Positions 1-10,724 are shown, numbered from the stretch's first letter. The stretch: 64,000 nt of DNA from Williopsis jadinii (GCA_024346625.1 AP024666.1:434001-498000); one strand, 5' to 3'. A program made the numbers and translations. Notes: generated by a model not told the origin, from the letters alone.

Positions 1-1
1 T

Positions 2-343
2 TGTAAATTAAGTGAAAAGTACTCAGGCGTCCAGAATTTTCACATGGGCTATATCGAAGAAAGATCGAAAGAAGGCGACTGGCCAAAGGTTACGTTTTTG
101 TATAATTTAGTGGAAGGTATGGCCAAGAATTCGTATGGACTTAATGTTGCAAAGCTTGCTGGTGTTGACGATGTATTAATTCAAAGGGCTTTCGAGATAA
201 GTGAGACTCGTCGGGTCCAAGTCGAGCAACATCAATCATTCAAGGAAACGCTAGCAGTAAGAGATGAATTTCAAAGAGTAACACAAGGAGAGGGTGAATT
301 GAAGAGTGTCATGAGACTCAAGAAGTACATCGACGAGTGTTGA
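2..343 (+). CDS. MSH3: MutS-family mismatch repair ATPase, C-terminal part only (gene runs off the window's 5' end)
   Basis: Frame open from base 2 (CKLSEKYSGVQNFHMGY...VTFLYNLVEGMAKNSYGLNVAKLAG), the MutS C-terminal motif. It is adjacent to FPK1/KIN82, as S. cerevisiae YCR092C is to YCR091W. Confidence 0.85.
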   Translation, partial: CKLSEKYSGVQNFHMGYIEERSKEGDWPKVTFLYNLVEGMAKNSYGLNVAKLAGVDDVLIQRAFEISETRRVQVEQHQSFKETLAVRDEFQRVTQGEGELKSVMRLKKYIDEC

Positions 344-443
344 TTACAAGTGATTGAAGTGATAATTGTGAATTGTCATGCAAGCGATATAAGTATATAG
401 TTAGAAAAGAGAGATCCTTCTGTTTTTTTGTTCTTCAGTTAAT

Positions 444-2675
444 TTAAGACTTTGTAGAACGAAACAAGCTTTTGCTGTTTGTTCTAAACCTATTGTTAGC
501 TCCTGTTGAAGTATAGCTAATACTTCCATATGAGTTTCCTGCACCGTACAAAACAGCCTCATCTTCGTAATTGTTTCCATCATGGATTAGGGTCATTGAA
601 TCGAATCCTTCAAATGGGTTATTTTCATCAGCCTCCGGCTCAATGCTTTCCTCTTTGGAAATATCGATCGATGATGATGTTTTATTCTTGTTTCTGTGGA
701 AATCAGCGCCTGTCTTTGATAAAACAGGGATCATTGGAGGCGATTGATTTCTCAACAGTGCCCATTGTACGTTTTTGAAGAACGGGTGATTCTTGATGTC
801 AGATGCCCCCAATTTAGAACCCAATCTCTTGTTTTCATCTTTGATTAGAAGCTTTTTGATGAGGTTCTTGCACTGCGATGTTATATGCTGAGAGTCTGGG
901 AAAACAATATCCGATTTCAGAATATTCGAGAATGTTTGATTACGGTTTGCACCTTTGAACGGAGTCGTTCCGAAAAGCATCTCGTAGATCAAGATACCCA
1001 AGGTCCACCAGTCAACTGCTGCTGTATGACCAGTCCCCCTAATAACTTCCGGAGCAATGTACTCTTCAGTACCGACAAATGAGTTTGTTCTGAATCCATC
1101 AATGCATGCTTTGGTATCCAAAGTCATCAAGGTTTTATTTGTTGCGTTGGCTGTAGACATTGATGGATTCTTCATGCTTCTTGTCTGTTTGGACAAGTCA
1201 AAATCTGAAAGCATAATATGTCCTGACTGATGCAGTAGGATATTCTCTGGTTTCAGATCTCTATAAATGAATCCCATGAGGTGTAGATATTCCAGTGCAG
1301 CAGTCACCTCGGCAGCGTAGAATCTTGCATCCTGTTCAGATATGCATTTAGTCTTTCTCGTCTGTAAGGCCCTGAAGAACTCACCACCCATACAGTACTC
1401 CATACACAGGTAGAGATAGTCCTCAGATTGGAACGTATGGTATAATGTGACGATGAACGGATGGTTCGAAGTTGCCAAAATCTCTTGTTCAGCCAAGGCC
1501 CTCTTGATCTTGTTTCTCTGGATCATCTCCTTCTTACTCAACACCTTCATAGCGTATAGCCTGTTTGTTGCCTTCTCACGCACGAGGTAAACCCTTCCAA
1601 AATCACCTTTTCCCAATGGCCTTATCTTCTCAAAAGACTGTGGACCAACTTGAACATCTGCAACTTTGATAGCATTGGAGCTGATGAAAGACTTGTTTCG
1701 AGGTCTTCTACTTTCAGAGATCTCACCGAGTTTCTTCTGTTGATCGTGTGCCTCCTTCAAGTTGAACGGAGCGGATGCTACTCTTCTCAATATTGGTTTT
1801 GTAGGCGGTGATGCCATCTCAATCCCAGACTGGCCCTGGTGGCCCTGCGCTTGTCCTTGCTCTTGCTCTTGATGCTGATTCTGTCGTTCCTGTCCATGGC
1901 GCTCCTCTTTTATCTGGTTCAGCGATGATTTAGAGCTTCCATGTGTCTTCTTCAGCGACAGATTTTGTCCTTCATACTGATGTTGGTCTCCCTCGGCGTG
2001 TGGAGGTAGACCTTGATGTGCAAAGTATGGCTGGGCTGATACGGTATTCTTCTTTTGGTTCCCGTGCTGTTGCTTTTGGTTATGACCCTGTGCTGCCGGG
2101 TCCAGCTTAGACGGCGGGTTCGGCGAGGAAGGAGAGCGCATTCTTGAGAAGAACGAACTCCTCTGCTGCGGTTGCGGAGGTTGTTGAAATGAAGCCTGTT
2201 CACTCACATCCTCCGATGACTGTGGCTGTGACACCTCGATCGTCGGGCAATCTTGCTGGTACTGTGGGTGGTCATATGTCTTTGATGGCGGTTCCAGCTC
2301 AAAGCCATCGTCCTCACAGTCCTCAACCTTTGTGTCCTTGGAGGCAATCACCGGCGAGCTGCTGGCACTTCTCTTGAACAAGCTCTTCAGCTTCGTGGTT
2401 AGAGTCTTTTGCTCTTCTTCCTTTAGTGGCTCCACGTTGACGTTCAGATGCTGGTGGATGATAACGGCTTCTGGTTGCTGTGTGAAATAGCCATCCGTTC
2501 CGCCGTTGTTACTCTGCGATGCCTGCTGATCTGGGGTCTCCGCAGTAGGCGTACCACTTCTCGAGAATTGGCTGGTACTGTTGCCATTCCCATTGCCAAA
2601 ATTGAAGATCTTCCCGAGAGACATCGATCGAGTTCTCAGCCTCGACGTGCTCTTCTCCTCTGTCTGCGCAGCCAT
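444..2675 (-). CDS. FPK1: AGC-family flippase kinase (Fpk1/Kin82/NRC-2 type)
   Basis: Motifs [24 protein letters not shown] (DFD variant) and [15 protein letters not shown]; long disordered Q-rich N-terminus. Confidence 0.93.
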   Translation of the reverse strand: MAAQTEEKSTSRLRTRSMSLGKIFNFGNGNGNSTSQFSRSGTPTAETPDQQASQSNNGGTDGYFTQQPEAVIIHQHLNVNVEPLKEEEQKTLTTKLKSLFKRSASSSPVIASKDTKVEDCEDDGFELEPPSKTYDHPQYQQDCPTIEVSQPQSSEDVSEQASFQQPPQPQQRSSFFSRMRSPSSPNPPSKLDPAAQGHNQKQQHGNQKKNTVSAQPYFAHQGLPPHAEGDQHQYEGQNLSLKKTHGSSKSSLNQIKEERHGQERQNQHQEQEQGQAQGHQGQSGIEMASPPTKPILRRVASAPFNLKEAHDQQKKLGEISESRRPRNKSFISSNAIKVADVQVGPQSFEKIRPLGKGDFGRVYLVREKATNRLYAMKVLSKKEMIQRNKIKRALAEQEILATSNHPFIVTLYHTFQSEDYLYLCMEYCMGGEFFRALQTRKTKCISEQDARFYAAEVTAALEYLHLMGFIYRDLKPENILLHQSGHIMLSDFDLSKQTRSMKNPSMSTANATNKTLMTLDTKACIDGFRTNSFVGTEEYIAPEVIRGTGHTAAVDWWTLGILIYEMLFGTTPFKGANRNQTFSNILKSDIVFPDSQHITSQCKNLIKKLLIKDENKRLGSKLGASDIKNHPFFKNVQWALLRNQSPPMIPVLSKTGADFHRNKNKTSSSIDISKEESIEPEADENNPFEGFDSMTLIHDGNNYEDEAVLYGAGNSYGSISYTSTGANNRFRTNSKSLFRSTKS

Positions 2676-3425
2676 GGTGTTGATGTGGATGTGACGTGGA
2701 TTTAGGTGGTGTGTCTGCCTGCGTCCTTGTTCAGCTGTATACGCTGGGTACTAATTCGAGTCCGGAACACAATGAATTCGGGTAGACCTGGACTGTAATG
2801 ATCACCTGAGATGGGGGAGAGCGACACTTAGCTTTCAATATCCAGCGTCGAAGTTTATGGATGCTCTTGCACTTCTTTTCGCAATCAATGCTCCGTGCAC
2901 TGTCCTGCCCGCTAGTCTCGTCTCGTGTTGGCTTGGTTTGGGTTTGTCGAACTTTCGGATCCCCCTTCACTTTTACGCGATGAATTAGGGGCCGTTGGTT
3001 GCGGACCACACAGGCGGACACTTTTAGCTTGCTTTTGGGGTCTTCGTCTCGAGAGTCCTCTTTGCAAGAGCAGCGTAGGGCATGGGCTAAGGACCTTGAA
3101 TTAGTGGGAAATATTCTCTATACCGGTGATTCTGGTTAGTAAGGAGCAAATAAGAGGGAAACCGGACAATTGGTGCTGAGTACACTGCTCAACGCTGTTC
3201 TTTAGATTCAAGGCGGAGAAACCGAAGTACCCAGACCGGAGAAAGTGATCGGTGCAGGTAATACACCTTAGAGGTGGCTTGCGAAGAGGAACACCGGGAG
3301 AAGGGGGGGGGTGAAATCACGCCAATTGGGAAGATGCTGTTCAGATTATGGACTCAGCTCCTGGGGTCGCCACACACAGGACACAACACTCACTGCTCTC
3401 GACACAGTGGTGAGTGTATCACCGA

Positions 3426-3669
3426 TGTTTCACAGTTGTAAGGTGGGCGTGGCCCTGGCCGATTTGGAGCCTGCGGGCTGACGCTTCCATGCAAGGTACT
3501 CACATAGATTGCAGCGAATGTCTCCATTATAAATGTCCAATTGAGACATGTACCAGCTGTTAGGAGCTCCTCTCGTTGAGTACTTGTGTCATAATGGTTT
3601 CAATCAGGGAAGACGGGGACTGGTGATAGTGTATTTAAGTGATTGCAGAGCCACAGGTTGTCTGAAACT
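3426..3669. promoter_or_regulatory. Cluster of pheromone-response-element (Ste12)-like sites upstream of the adhesin gene
   Basis: Perfect TGTTTCA at 3426-3432; one-mismatch copies TGAGACA (3542-3548), GGTTTCA (3596-3602) and TGAAACT (3663-3669). Confidence 0.5.
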
Positions 3670-3705
3670 GGGTTGTATAGCTGTGCACATCGTCGCCGCT
3701 CAGCA

Positions 3706-6096
3706 ATGAGAATCCATTCACTTTTGGTGTGCTCATCGCTCGTCATGTTCTCGATAGCTTCTACAATTGACGAGATATATTCAAACGTGTCTCAATCTAC
3801 TGAACTGATGGCAGATGGTGTTGGATTTCTCTATAATGCCGGAACTGCAACAGCTCTCAATTCAACAGCCTTGGACAACGCCAACTCTCTTGATAGCTCT
3901 CAATGGCACACGTACACAATTGCTGCAGTAGGAATACCAGTTACATCGGAAGCAGAAACAGCACCTTTACAAGCCAATACAACGACCGTGGAGTCATTTG
4001 AAACAACAGTTGTCACGACTACATTCTGTGGTGAACACTCTTGTACCGAGACAACAACCACAGCAATGGTAACAACTATCACCACCACTTCTGGAGGTGT
4101 GATTACTGTCTTTACCACGTATTGCCCAACGGAATCTGCAAGCACAGAGAAGTCATCAATGTCTGAGTCCTTGACTTCAGAGATCAATACAAGCTCAAGT
4201 CCTGCTTCAAGTCCAGAGCCATTAAAAACAACTGTCATTACCACTACGGTTTGTGATCAGATGTCTTGCGTTGGATCAACGACAACAGCACAAATCACAA
4301 CAGTTACTACAACATCTGCTGGTATCATCACTGTTTACACTACGTATTGTCCGTTAACAACAACGACTCCTCTCTCAAATATTGAATCGTTCCCTGAAAC
4401 GGCCGAATCATCATCTGAATCATCATATCCATTAGTTCAGGTTGAACAATCAACTACACCGTTGTCTACCTCTTCTGAATCACCTCAGGAAACTACACTC
4501 ATTTCGACAACTGTTTGCAAGGAAGGCTCTTGCATGGATACTACAACGCTTGCCATTGTATCCACAGTGACCTCTACATCAGATGGAATTGTCACAATCT
4601 ACACAACGTATTGTCCATTAACAGAAACTGAAATTACAGAGACTGATAGTTCAACAGTTTCTGTACCTTCTATTGAGACAACCATTGTTACAACAGAGCA
4701 CTGTAATGAGGAACTATGCGTTGAGTCCACCACCACTGCACAGGTTACAACAGTCACTACGACATCTCAGGGCATCGTGACAGTATACACCACGTATTGT
4801 CCTTTCACCACTACCACTATTGAAACAGGCACAGAGTCTGTCACCACTACTTCATTCAGTGGCGCAACAACCTCAAGTTCCTCTTCAATAAATGTGTCTC
4901 AGTCGTCCTCAGTTACCTCGCTTTCACCTGAGAAGCCCTCGGAAACTACCGTGCTCACAACGTCTTTCTGCGATGGATCATCATGTGTTGATTCCACAAC
5001 AACTGCTATAGTTTCAACGGTGACCAGTACATCTAGAGGTGTTATCATAGTGTACACTACGTACTGTCCTTTGACAACTACAACGACGCCCTTCACTACT
5101 ATGACAACACCACAATTAGCTACAACTACTTCCAATGATGTTGAATCTGGCTTTGAAACCATTTCTTCAACTGTTTTATTGAGTTCTACCACCAACACGA
5201 TCACTCACTCACCAGAAACAGTGACAACATTGGAAAACATGCATTCTTTATTCACATCGACATCACCAACGGTCCGAAACGATGAAACAACTCTTGTTGT
5301 TGTATCTTCGTGCACCCATGGATCATGTACTACTGAAACTTCAACAGCTTTGGTTACCACTGTGACAACAACACATGAAGGCCTCATTACTGTTTACACT
5401 ACGTATTGTCCCTTGACTGGAACTACATACCCACCTTCCAGTGTGTCATCATCCAGTGTGTCATCATCCAGTGTGTCATCATCCAGTGTGTCATCATCCA
5501 GCGTGTTATCATCCAGTGTTTCAAGCTTCATCGTCCCAGCTTCCAATGTCCCAACCACCAGCTCCTCACTGACTAGCTCTCCAGAATCACAATCATCAGA
5601 TTCAATGGCTCTATCTCAAACTGTTCCATTTGATGTCAGTATTTTTACATCCCTTACAACTTCAACACCGACAACTGTTGAAATTGTGACTACCAGCTCA
5701 TCATATGAGCTCTACACTGGCATCTTCTCTGAGCTTAGAGAATCAGTAACATGGTCCTTCGCACCTACTATCAATCCTATACAACCTGCCGCTACAGATG
5801 AGTCTTCCATCAGCTCTTATAGCGAGCGCAGTTATACATCAACTTTGGAAACCATTGAGATTTCAACCACAGTCTCAGCTACCCATAAGAGTGCAATCAC
5901 AACTATAGTTACTGCAGTAGCGAGTGAGTCTGAATCTAGAGTTGACATTGAAACTTCAAGATCCCAATATTCCACTTCAGTGAGCATCACGGAACCTGCA
6001 AGCTCATATTTTCAACCAGTTATATCAACATGGGAAGGTCAAGGGATGAAGAGAACAGTTGGTATTTTGACGGTGCTTAGTTTATTGTTCCTTTGA
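3706..6096 (+). CDS. GPI-anchored S/T-rich cell-wall adhesin with CX4C...TTYCP repeats (Fig2/Aga1-like, flocculin type 3 repeats)
   Basis: First ATG at 3706 gives a signal peptide (MRIHSLLVCSSLVMFSIAS). Six CX4C-x-TTYCP repeats; C-terminal GPI signal (ISTWEGQG + hydrophobic tail). The position is syntenic with FIG2/AGA1. Confidence 0.85.
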   Translation: MRIHSLLVCSSLVMFSIASTIDEIYSNVSQSTELMADGVGFLYNAGTATALNSTALDNANSLDSSQWHTYTIAAVGIPVTSEAETAPLQANTTTVESFETTVVTTTFCGEHSCTETTTTAMVTTITTTSGGVITVFTTYCPTESASTEKSSMSESLTSEINTSSSPASSPEPLKTTVITTTVCDQMSCVGSTTTAQITTVTTTSAGIITVYTTYCPLTTTTPLSNIESFPETAESSSESSYPLVQVEQSTTPLSTSSESPQETTLISTTVCKEGSCMDTTTLAIVSTVTSTSDGIVTIYTTYCPLTETEITETDSSTVSVPSIETTIVTTEHCNEELCVESTTTAQVTTVTTTSQGIVTVYTTYCPFTTTTIETGTESVTTTSFSGATTSSSSSINVSQSSSVTSLSPEKPSETTVLTTSFCDGSSCVDSTTTAIVSTVTSTSRGVIIVYTTYCPLTTTTTPFTTMTTPQLATTTSNDVESGFETISSTVLLSSTTNTITHSPETVTTLENMHSLFTSTSPTVRNDETTLVVVSSCTHGSCTTETSTALVTTVTTTHEGLITVYTTYCPLTGTTYPPSSVSSSSVSSSSVSSSSVSSSSVLSSSVSSFIVPASNVPTTSSSLTSSPESQSSDSMALSQTVPFDVSIFTSLTTSTPTTVEIVTTSSSYELYTGIFSELRESVTWSFAPTINPIQPAATDESSISSYSERSYTSTLETIEISTTVSATHKSAITTIVTAVASESESRVDIETSRSQYSTSVSITEPASSYFQPVISTWEGQGMKRTVGILTVLSLLFL
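5437..5520 (+). repeat. 15-bp coding tandem repeat TCCAGTGTGTCATCA x~5.5 (encodes SSVSS)
   Basis: Directly visible; the first four copies are identical. Confidence 0.95.
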
Positions 6097-6155
6097 AGTA
6101 AAGAACTGTGCAAATCGATAGATATGTATTGTATATTATATAAACACATAATGGT

Positions 6156-6638
6156 CTAAGCACGCACAATGTCCCATTCTACTTCTGTTATCGAGACTTC
6201 CTGCCCGGCATTGTCATCGTAGTCATAGAACTCATTCTCTGAGAGGTCAATCTCCTTGAATGGCGTGTTCGATTCGACACCAGTGGCTTCGAAATTACCC
6301 TGAGGGATGAACTTGACCAATTCCAGACCTCTGGCCTCAACCTCCAAGATCGTCTTTGGTTTCTGATCGTCCTGCGAGAGAGTCTCCTTGGTTCTTGTTA
6401 TCGATGCAGTTGATTCTCTCTTACAGGATTTACAGCGGAATACAAAGTTTGCCTCTCCACGGGAGCCTGAAATCTCGTGTTGTTCGAATCTGTTGATGGT
6501 GATCTCCTTTTCATGTTGTTCACGACAAGATGTGCACTGGATCTCGAATGTATACTCGAATGGATCCTCGGCAGTGTCGGTTGGCTGAAGATCCTTGAGG
6601 CCTTCCACTGTGGCCTTTAGCTGAAGTTTGTAGCCCAT
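6156..6638 (-). CDS. DUF866/CXXC zinc-binding protein (YCR090C/CZIB-like)
   Basis: ATG at 6638 (MGYKLQLKA); motifs CTSCRE...SGSRGEANFVFRCKSCKRE and YDYDDNAGQEVSI. Confidence 0.9.
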   Translation of the reverse strand: MGYKLQLKATVEGLKDLQPTDTAEDPFEYTFEIQCTSCREQHEKEITINRFEQHEISGSRGEANFVFRCKSCKRESTASITRTKETLSQDDQKPKTILEVEARGLELVKFIPQGNFEATGVESNTPFKEIDLSENEFYDYDDNAGQEVSITEVEWDIVRA

Positions 6639-6787
6639 TGTTTGCCTTAATTCTGACCTTCGTAGTGGTTTGATGTTGAGGAAGAGCGCCGGAGTTGGGA
6701 CAAAAAGCGGAACAAGCCGGGAAAAAAATACAAACATGTCCTCAGAAACATCACCAACAAAAGATATAGAAGAGGACATAAACCGGC

Positions 6788-7984
6788 ATGTACAGAGTTC
6801 CCCTGAGGATTGTACGGCCTTCCCTCACCAAGAGATTTATCTCTGCACTGCCCACCACCGAAGATGAGCTGGAACTGTTTGGACCGAGGACTATGAGATC
6901 ACCAAAGGATGAGATGACCCAGTCGCTTCTTGCTGAGAAGTTACTGTCTTTGTACTATACCAATGAGCTATTGTCGTCGAGCAGTCTGGAATCATGGGGA
7001 GATACACACGTTGAGATCCATAGGGATAAGAAGTCAAGCGAAGGTCTCCATGCTATTGGTGTGACTTCTGACGTCGATCGGTTACCTTTGGAAGATCTTA
7101 TATCCCAAATACCCAGTGATTCCATAAAGGAACAGCTGAAGCATCTGTCTTCACAGATTGGTCATTATAGAACTACTACGTACGAAGAATTGGAGCAGAA
7201 TAAGCCCCTGGGTCCAAGACGTGGGTTGCCGACCCCGTTGTTGAAAGTGATTGAGAAGTACCAACGAGCCAATGAACTGGAAAGCTCATTCCTATTTGAA
7301 AGCGCCATTGCCATCATGAAAACACCCATGTCATCTTTCCCATTGGTGGAAGTCTTGACAGGGCTTGAGAAGTTTCCAAACAATACCAACCTCAGGGCAT
7401 TGGCCTGTATAATAGCGTCAACTGTTCCACATGTTACTGAGGAGCAATTTACCAGCGTACTGAGAACATCGGTAATTGCTGAGGACTATGACCTCTTCAA
7501 TCAATGTATTGGGAAACTGAGGTTGATCAACACCGACGTCCACAATGGTACGTTTGTAAAGAAGATTTCCAAAGGCTCCGACTCGTTACCTTGGCAGTTA
7601 TACTCTATTGCGCTTGAAGGCATGCTTAAGCTGAAGTACTCGGAGAGTGAGATGTCCATAGCTATAAATAACCTACTCACAGGGATAGTTGTTGATAAAC
7701 AGACCCAGGAGGTGAGTGTGAGGATTTACTACAACCAGCGGAAGTCGATGGACGCTAACGTTTGGAACCATCTTCCACAACGGCTATTGGAGCTACTCAC
7801 TGAGGTTGCGGTCAAGTTCGAATTCGCAGAGTTATTGAAGAACTGTATCAAGCAGATGTCTGTCAACGTACAAACAGGTGTGATATCAAGACACCAGTTC
7901 CTGTCGTTGCTACAAAGACTGGAGGCGGAAACCTCGGGACATAGCGAAACACTCTTGAGTACAATCAAGGGGCTACAGAGATGA
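6788..7984 (+). CDS. Putative mitochondrial protein, 398 aa (positional PET494 candidate)
   Basis: Intact ORF with an Arg-rich, acid-free presequence-like N-terminus (MYRVPLRIVRPSLTKRFISA). No family motif recognised. Confidence 0.7.
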   Translation: MYRVPLRIVRPSLTKRFISALPTTEDELELFGPRTMRSPKDEMTQSLLAEKLLSLYYTNELLSSSSLESWGDTHVEIHRDKKSSEGLHAIGVTSDVDRLPLEDLISQIPSDSIKEQLKHLSSQIGHYRTTTYEELEQNKPLGPRRGLPTPLLKVIEKYQRANELESSFLFESAIAIMKTPMSSFPLVEVLTGLEKFPNNTNLRALACIIASTVPHVTEEQFTSVLRTSVIAEDYDLFNQCIGKLRLINTDVHNGTFVKKISKGSDSLPWQLYSIALEGMLKLKYSESEMSIAINNLLTGIVVDKQTQEVSVRIYYNQRKSMDANVWNHLPQRLLELLTEVAVKFEFAELLKNCIKQMSVNVQTGVISRHQFLSLLQRLEAETSGHSETLLSTIKGLQR

Positions 7985-8118
7985 TTTCGAACACATCGAA
8001 TGCCTTTACTGTTATTTCATACATATCTCGCCTGTACATAGTTGTCTTTGTTAGTACACACACAGTGTTCTCAGGAACTTCATCCCCGTTGACCACACTA
8101 GTAAACAACCTTGGAGTA

Positions 8119-8222
8119 AATCATGCGACACAGGTTCGTCCTTTAGGAAACCCCAGTTCTTCATAAAAACAGAGAACAGAGGGAGTCTTTTCGGTGGATT
8201 GACAAATATTTTATAATCATTT
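8119..8222 (-). ncRNA. Candidate box C/D snoRNA inside an intron of a non-coding host transcript
   Basis: Minus strand: C box ATGATTA (8214-8220); guide ATTTGTCAATCC (8196-8207) complementary to 18S GGAUUGACAGAU; D' CCGA (8191-8194); C' ATGAAGA (8158-8164); D ATGA (8121-8124), or CTGA at 8071-8074. Flanked by GTAAGT (from 8275), TACTAAC (8050-8056) and CAG (8032-8034). Confidence 0.6.
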
Positions 8223-8589
8223 AATAACAAGCGGTTGAGTGTGAACAGAGAGAAGGTTAAACATCACAAACTTACACTATCAATTGACCTCATAAACTGC
8301 CAACTACTTATTTCAAACTGGAACAAGTTCTCAGAGCGTGGAAAAACACTGAGAGAGGAAGAAAAGTTTTTGTGTGTTGTGGGTTTTCAAACTTTTTTAG
8401 GTTTTCCGTTCCAGGATGCTCATCGGTTGGCACCACATGTACACCCGGACACCATCAAAATTTTACTGTCTTGTCAAATTCATCCAAAGCTGTTTATCAA
8501 TACAATAGCATCGAGCGAGAACAAGAAGGAAACACCGCCTTTATAAGGACTCTGTGTGCTATACGTGATCGAAGAGGTATCTAACGGCT

Positions 8590-8979
8590 ATGAAATTCCT
8601 TACAACAAACTTTGTGAAATGCACGTCCAAAGCGTGTGATTCCACAACGGATAACTTCCCATTACAATTCAACGACTGTGAGTTGATCCAAGAGGAACAA
8701 GAGTTCAAGCCTGAATTTCTCTTGAATATCCTAGATAGACTTGATTGGAGTGCAGTGTTAAAAGTGGCACATGACCTGGGTAACGACTCATTACCACAGG
8801 CGTTACCTGAGAACGTTGACCCAGAGGATCCAGACACACTGGCCCTTTTGAAGGACTTGCACTCATTATTACTCGAGACAAACATCACACAGGGCGAGAT
8901 GAAGTGTCGTGCATGCGAGCACGTCTATTACATCAAAAATTCAATTCCAAACTTCCTGTTACCACCACATTTGGCTTGA
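8590..8979 (+). CDS. TRM112: Methyltransferase activator Trm112
   Basis: MKFLTTNFVKC...MKCRACEHVYYIKNSIPNFLLPPHLA. PAC-like GCTCATCG at ~8418 upstream. Confidence 0.97.
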   Translation: MKFLTTNFVKCTSKACDSTTDNFPLQFNDCELIQEEQEFKPEFLLNILDRLDWSAVLKVAHDLGNDSLPQALPENVDPEDPDTLALLKDLHSLLLETNITQGEMKCRACEHVYYIKNSIPNFLLPPHLA

Positions 8980-9462
8980 TTTTTACATGTTAGAATGATA
9001 CTAATAAAGAAGACACTTCGCTCCCCAAGCCCCACCAAATTATTCGAATCTGTAGATGACAGCTCAGATAAGATATCTACAAAGAATGGACACGCAGTAT
9101 TCAATACTTCTTGAGCTACATTCATTCAAAAATCTGGTAAGATTCGTTGAAAAGGCACATAAACTTGCTTATATCTCGACAGCCAAAGAGACATTAGGCT
9201 AGTGTGGTTTTTCACACGGTAGAAGTAATTTATATCATCTTATATACAGCATCTTGACTTGATTGAGTGGGTGGTTCTTCTAAAATAGCCTCCGCATTTT
9301 CCCTCTTATATATATAATTCTGGTTCTTTGTTGCCCCAGCAATCCTGAAAATGTAAGGATGTTTCTAATTCTTGCAGCATTGTTTATACTTTGAACTATT
9401 ATCAACAAAATGACACAAATCTCTCACAGTTTCATACACAAAGTTAGGAAGATAACGAAACA

Positions 9463-10275
9463 ATGACCAAAGGCAAAAGGTTAAACACTCAAAGTAAAAA
9501 ACCCGTAGGACGTCCAAGGAAAATCAAAAGGACTCCTCCCTGGGCCATCCCACGAGGTCATCAAGTCGAAGAAGAAACATCAGCGGCTGATTCAGAACCA
9601 CGGCGGCAACCTCAAACGAATGAAGGTAAGACTATACCAGAAAATTCAGCCATTATCGAGATAGGTCAGCTGACCTAATATTAGAACCATCGTTAAAGGA
9701 TACACCAGATGACTTACCACAACAACCGCCATTACATGAGCCTGAGCCTGAACCTGAACCTGAACTTGATAGTGGAACTATGGCTGGTAGAATAAGAAGT
9801 AGACGAAGAAATGCAGCACAGGTAGCAGAAAGAGTGTTAGAAGAGAGCCTACATGATGAAGCTTTTGATCATGACACCAATGGTGTGAGCGAAACTGATG
9901 ATCCAGTTTATGACCCACCGCAGCAGCGGAGACCACGAAAACCAGGGAACTCTGTGTATAATCCCAGTGGCCGAACTTACAAGAATTAAATCAGAACACA
10001 CATGTGATTCGAAATGCACAGTAATCTTCACAAGTTGTCAATTAACACCGAGACATTGCTTAGCTATGACCATTAATAAGTCACAGAGTCAAACCTGTAC
10101 AGGTAAAGTTGATATCTACATGAGCCAAACATGATTTGCTCTTGGTGAAGCTAACCTTGCACTTCCAAGTTTAACCAATATGAATGATGCTGACACGCTT
10201 TGACTGAAGAGTATATACCATAACCCAAGTAAACTCACACAATTGCCAATCAAGTGTTTGAAAAAGTAGCTAAAC
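9463..10275 (+). mobile_element. Degenerate Helitron (RepHel) relic: disordered AT-hook-containing N-terminal region fused to the PIF1-type helicase C-terminus
   Basis: 9940-10180 translates as GTLCIIP...IFTSCQLTPRHCLAMTINKSQSQT..KVDIYMSQT*FALGEANLALPSL, close to the Helitron pattern QFPVRLAFAMTINKSQGQ..VG.YL..PVFSHGQLYVALSRV. TIANQVFEKV then resembles the terminal TxNVVYKEV. Stops and frameshifts are present. Confidence 0.75.
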
Positions 10276-10293
10276 ACATAAAAGACGAGATAG

Positions 10294-10724
10294 ATCTTTT
10301 CCACACTTAACGGATCCCAGATCAGTAGCACTCTAACACCCACACCTTTGTAACCATATATACAAAAACTTACGCTATAAATTTAGGAAAGCAAGAGTAG
10401 ACCTCGTTAGTTTCAATCCATGATTCTAATCAGCGAGGGAACAGGCAAATGAAGGCCAATCCTCCAAAAGCCCTGAAGAGCAAGTTGATCGCAAACGCTC
10501 TGGTAAATCGCGTTCATCCTACAGAAGCATTACAGATTAGCTTGTCAGATAGCAATACAGCTAATGTCCTTTATGGAAGAAAAACCCGCACATCTCTTCC
10601 CAAGTTGGATCCCAAGTGAGCCAATAGAAAAGATACAAATGTATATAAACAAGAACAGGTTCAAAATAAGAGCAATTGGCAAAAGCAAAAACAACAAGTG
10701 AAATTCACAGCAGAAAGAGCAAAG
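10294..10724 (+). mobile_element. Degenerate Ty3/gypsy-type integrase fragment
   Basis: Motifs in the expected order: IFSTLNGSQISS (~SDNGPQFTS), HDSNQRGNRQMKA..KALK (~HPQSNGxAER), ANVLYGRKTRTSLPKL (~PAELLFGRKLRTxLP), QKQKQQ. Confidence 0.55.
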
